Positions 45,064-46,408 of a stretch of 46,408 nt of DNA are shown piece after piece. Source of the DNA: a virus (Duplodnaviria; Heunggongvirae; Uroviricota; Caudoviricetes); IMG/VR virus record IMGVR_UViG_2740892219_000006; one strand, written 5' to 3'. How positions within the stretch are numbered: the stretch's first letter is position 1; each line of letters begins with the position of its first letter. The translations under genes and the position numbers were made by a program. The notes under the pieces were generated by a model. It saw only the letters and a program-made list of their open reading frames with translations. It did not search any database and was not told the origin of the DNA.

Positions 45064-46408
45064 GTGAGTAAATTATTATTTACGATGACTGACGCCGGGC
45101 GTCAGGAGTTGGTTAATGCCAACAAAACAGGAACAAATAAAGTTGAGATTGTTTCTGTTGGTTTAGGTAGTAGATATTATGTCACGTCAACCTCACAAAC
45201 AAATATAACAGACGAAATAAAACGACTTACCACAATAGGTGGCAAAGTTGTTTCCCCTGATACAATTCATGTAACGGCGAAGGATGATAGTAAAGATGAG
45301 TATGTTGTCCATACAATAGGATTGTATACAAATAAGGGAACGTTGTTTGCTGTATACTCGCAAGAACAAGCAATAATAAATAAAGCATCATCTACTATTG
45401 CTTTAATATCAAGTGACATAGCAATTAAGACTCTTGATACTAAAAATATTACATTTGGTGATATTGAGTTTATTAATCCTCCCGCGACCGAAACTGTTGT
45501 TGGGGTTGCAAGATTTGCTAATGAACAAGAAATTGATGCAGGTACAGATGATTCCCTTGCTGTTTCAGCAAAGCGGCTTAAGCAAGCCATTGTGAAACAT
45601 GAGCAATCACGTAATCATCCTGATGCAACTTTAACCTCAAAAGGCTTTGTTCAACTTAGCAGCGCCACCAATAGCACGTCTGAAACGCTTGCTGCGACGC
45701 CTAAGGCTGTTAAGGCAGCATATGACCTGGCTAACGCTAAATACACCGCACAGGACGCTACCACGGCGCGAAAAGGGATTGTTCAGCTTAGTAGCGCAAC
45801 TAACAGCGATTCTGAGACGCTGGCAGCAACGCCAAAGGCGGTAAAGGCTGCATATGACCTTGCTAACGCTAAATACACCGCACAGGACGCTACCACGGCG
45901 CGAAAAGGGATTGTTCAACTCAGTAGCGCCACCAACAGCACGTCTGAAACACTGGCCGCGACATCGAAAGCTGTAAAGGTGGTAATGGATGAAACGAACA
46001 AGAAAGCGCCCCTGAACAGTCCGGCGCTGACCGGAACACCAACAACACCAACTGCGCCAAAAGGTACTAACAATACTCAGATCGCAAGCACGGCTTATGT
46101 TATGGCTGCGATCGCTGCCCTCGTGGACTCGTCGCCTGACGCACTGAATACGCTGAACGAGCTGGCTGCGGCGTTGGGCAACGACCCGAATTTTGCGACC
46201 ACCATGACTAACGCGCTTGCGGGTAAGCAACCGAAAGATGCCACCCTGACGGCGCTGGCCGGGCTTGCTACTGCGGCAGACAGGTTTCCGTATTTTACGG
46301 GGAATGATGTCGCCAGCCTGGCAACTCTGACAAAAGTCGGGCGGGATATTCTTGCGAAATCGACCGTTGCCGCCGTTATCGAATACCTCGGTTTACAGGA
46401 AACGGTAA
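45064..46408 (+). CDS. Tail fibre protein (P2 gpH / Mu S-like), 3-prime partial: ORF runs off the window
   Basis: GTG start after AAGGA; the sequence closely resembles P2 gpH as recalled, including Phage_fiber_2-type repeats and the C-terminal AVIEYLGLQETV segment; no stop before the window end. Confidence 0.85.
   Translation, partial: MSKLLFTMTDAGRQELVNANKTGTNKVEIVSVGLGSRYYVTSTSQTNITDEIKRLTTIGGKVVSPDTIHVTAKDDSKDEYVVHTIGLYTNKGTLFAVYSQEQAIINKASSTIALISSDIAIKTLDTKNITFGDIEFINPPATETVVGVARFANEQEIDAGTDDSLAVSAKRLKQAIVKHEQSRNHPDATLTSKGFVQLSSATNSTSETLAATPKAVKAAYDLANAKYTAQDATTARKGIVQLSSATNSDSETLAATPKAVKAAYDLANAKYTAQDATTARKGIVQLSSATNSTSETLAATSKAVKVVMDETNKKAPLNSPALTGTPTTPTAPKGTNNTQIASTAYVMAAIAALVDSSPDALNTLNELAAALGNDPNFATTMTNALAGKQPKDATLTALAGLATAADRFPYFTGNDVASLATLTKVGRDILAKSTVAAVIEYLGLQETV
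45640..46000 (+). repeat. Tandem 132-bp coding repeats (about 2.6 copies) inside the tail fibre gene
   Basis: Repeated block encoding KG(F/I)VQLSSATNS.SETLAATPKAVKAAYDLANAKYTAQDATTAR. Confidence 0.85.
46376..46401. other. gix/cix-like invertase recombination site inside the tail fibre gene
   Basis: TTATCGAATACC-TC-GGTTTACAGGAA, close to the Mu gix site as recalled (TTATCCAAAACCTCGGTTTACAGGAA). Confidence 0.6.

Noticed and set aside
45637-46230. 197-aa minus-strand ORF (and 45267-45590 minus ORF)
   Set aside because: Antisense shadow ORFs inside the tail fibre gene; the repetitive Arg/Cys-rich translation mirrors the coding-strand tandem repeats.
1-46408. CRISPR arrays and window wrap-around continuation of the tail fibre ORF
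   Set aside because: No repeat-spacer periodicity was seen; joining the window end to position 1 gives an in-frame stop after two codons, so the window is not a simple closed circle at this point.

Overview
This 46.4-kb window reads as a nearly complete temperate contractile-tailed phage that carries plasmid maintenance functions and no recognisable integrase, i.e. a phage-plasmid-like element. All calls come from reading the sequence and from remembered family signatures; no database search or computation was run, so family names are hypotheses to verify. Left to right: a Gin/Hin-type serine invertase; an IncFII-like repA replicon with a DnaA-box origin; a RelE/HigB-like toxin with an XRE antitoxin; an antirepressor operon; a parA/parG-like partition cassette flanked by AT-rich iteron-like repeats; a CI-like repressor (HTH + S24 peptidase) divergent from a cro-like early operon carrying Ref-like, DUF1064-like and PD-(D/E)XK-like nucleases and a possible Q-like antiterminator; a holin / GH108 endolysin / Rz-Rz1 lysis cassette; a tRNA with CAU anticodon; an MT-A70 adenine methylase; three ParB-N-domain genes including a ParB-methyltransferase fusion; lambda-like packaging and head genes; and a Mu/P2-like contractile tail ending in a tail fibre that runs off the window across a gix-like invertase site. 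The most interesting signals are non-coding or unassigned: a repressor-operator motif (ACCAC-N5-GTGGT) that also sits at the repA and antirepressor promoters; a 22-bp AT-rich motif dispersed in at least nine copies; three near-identical ~110-bp promoter/leader/RBS cassettes driving unrelated genes; and the ParB/methyltransferase accessory island, which is the best candidate for an undescribed system.
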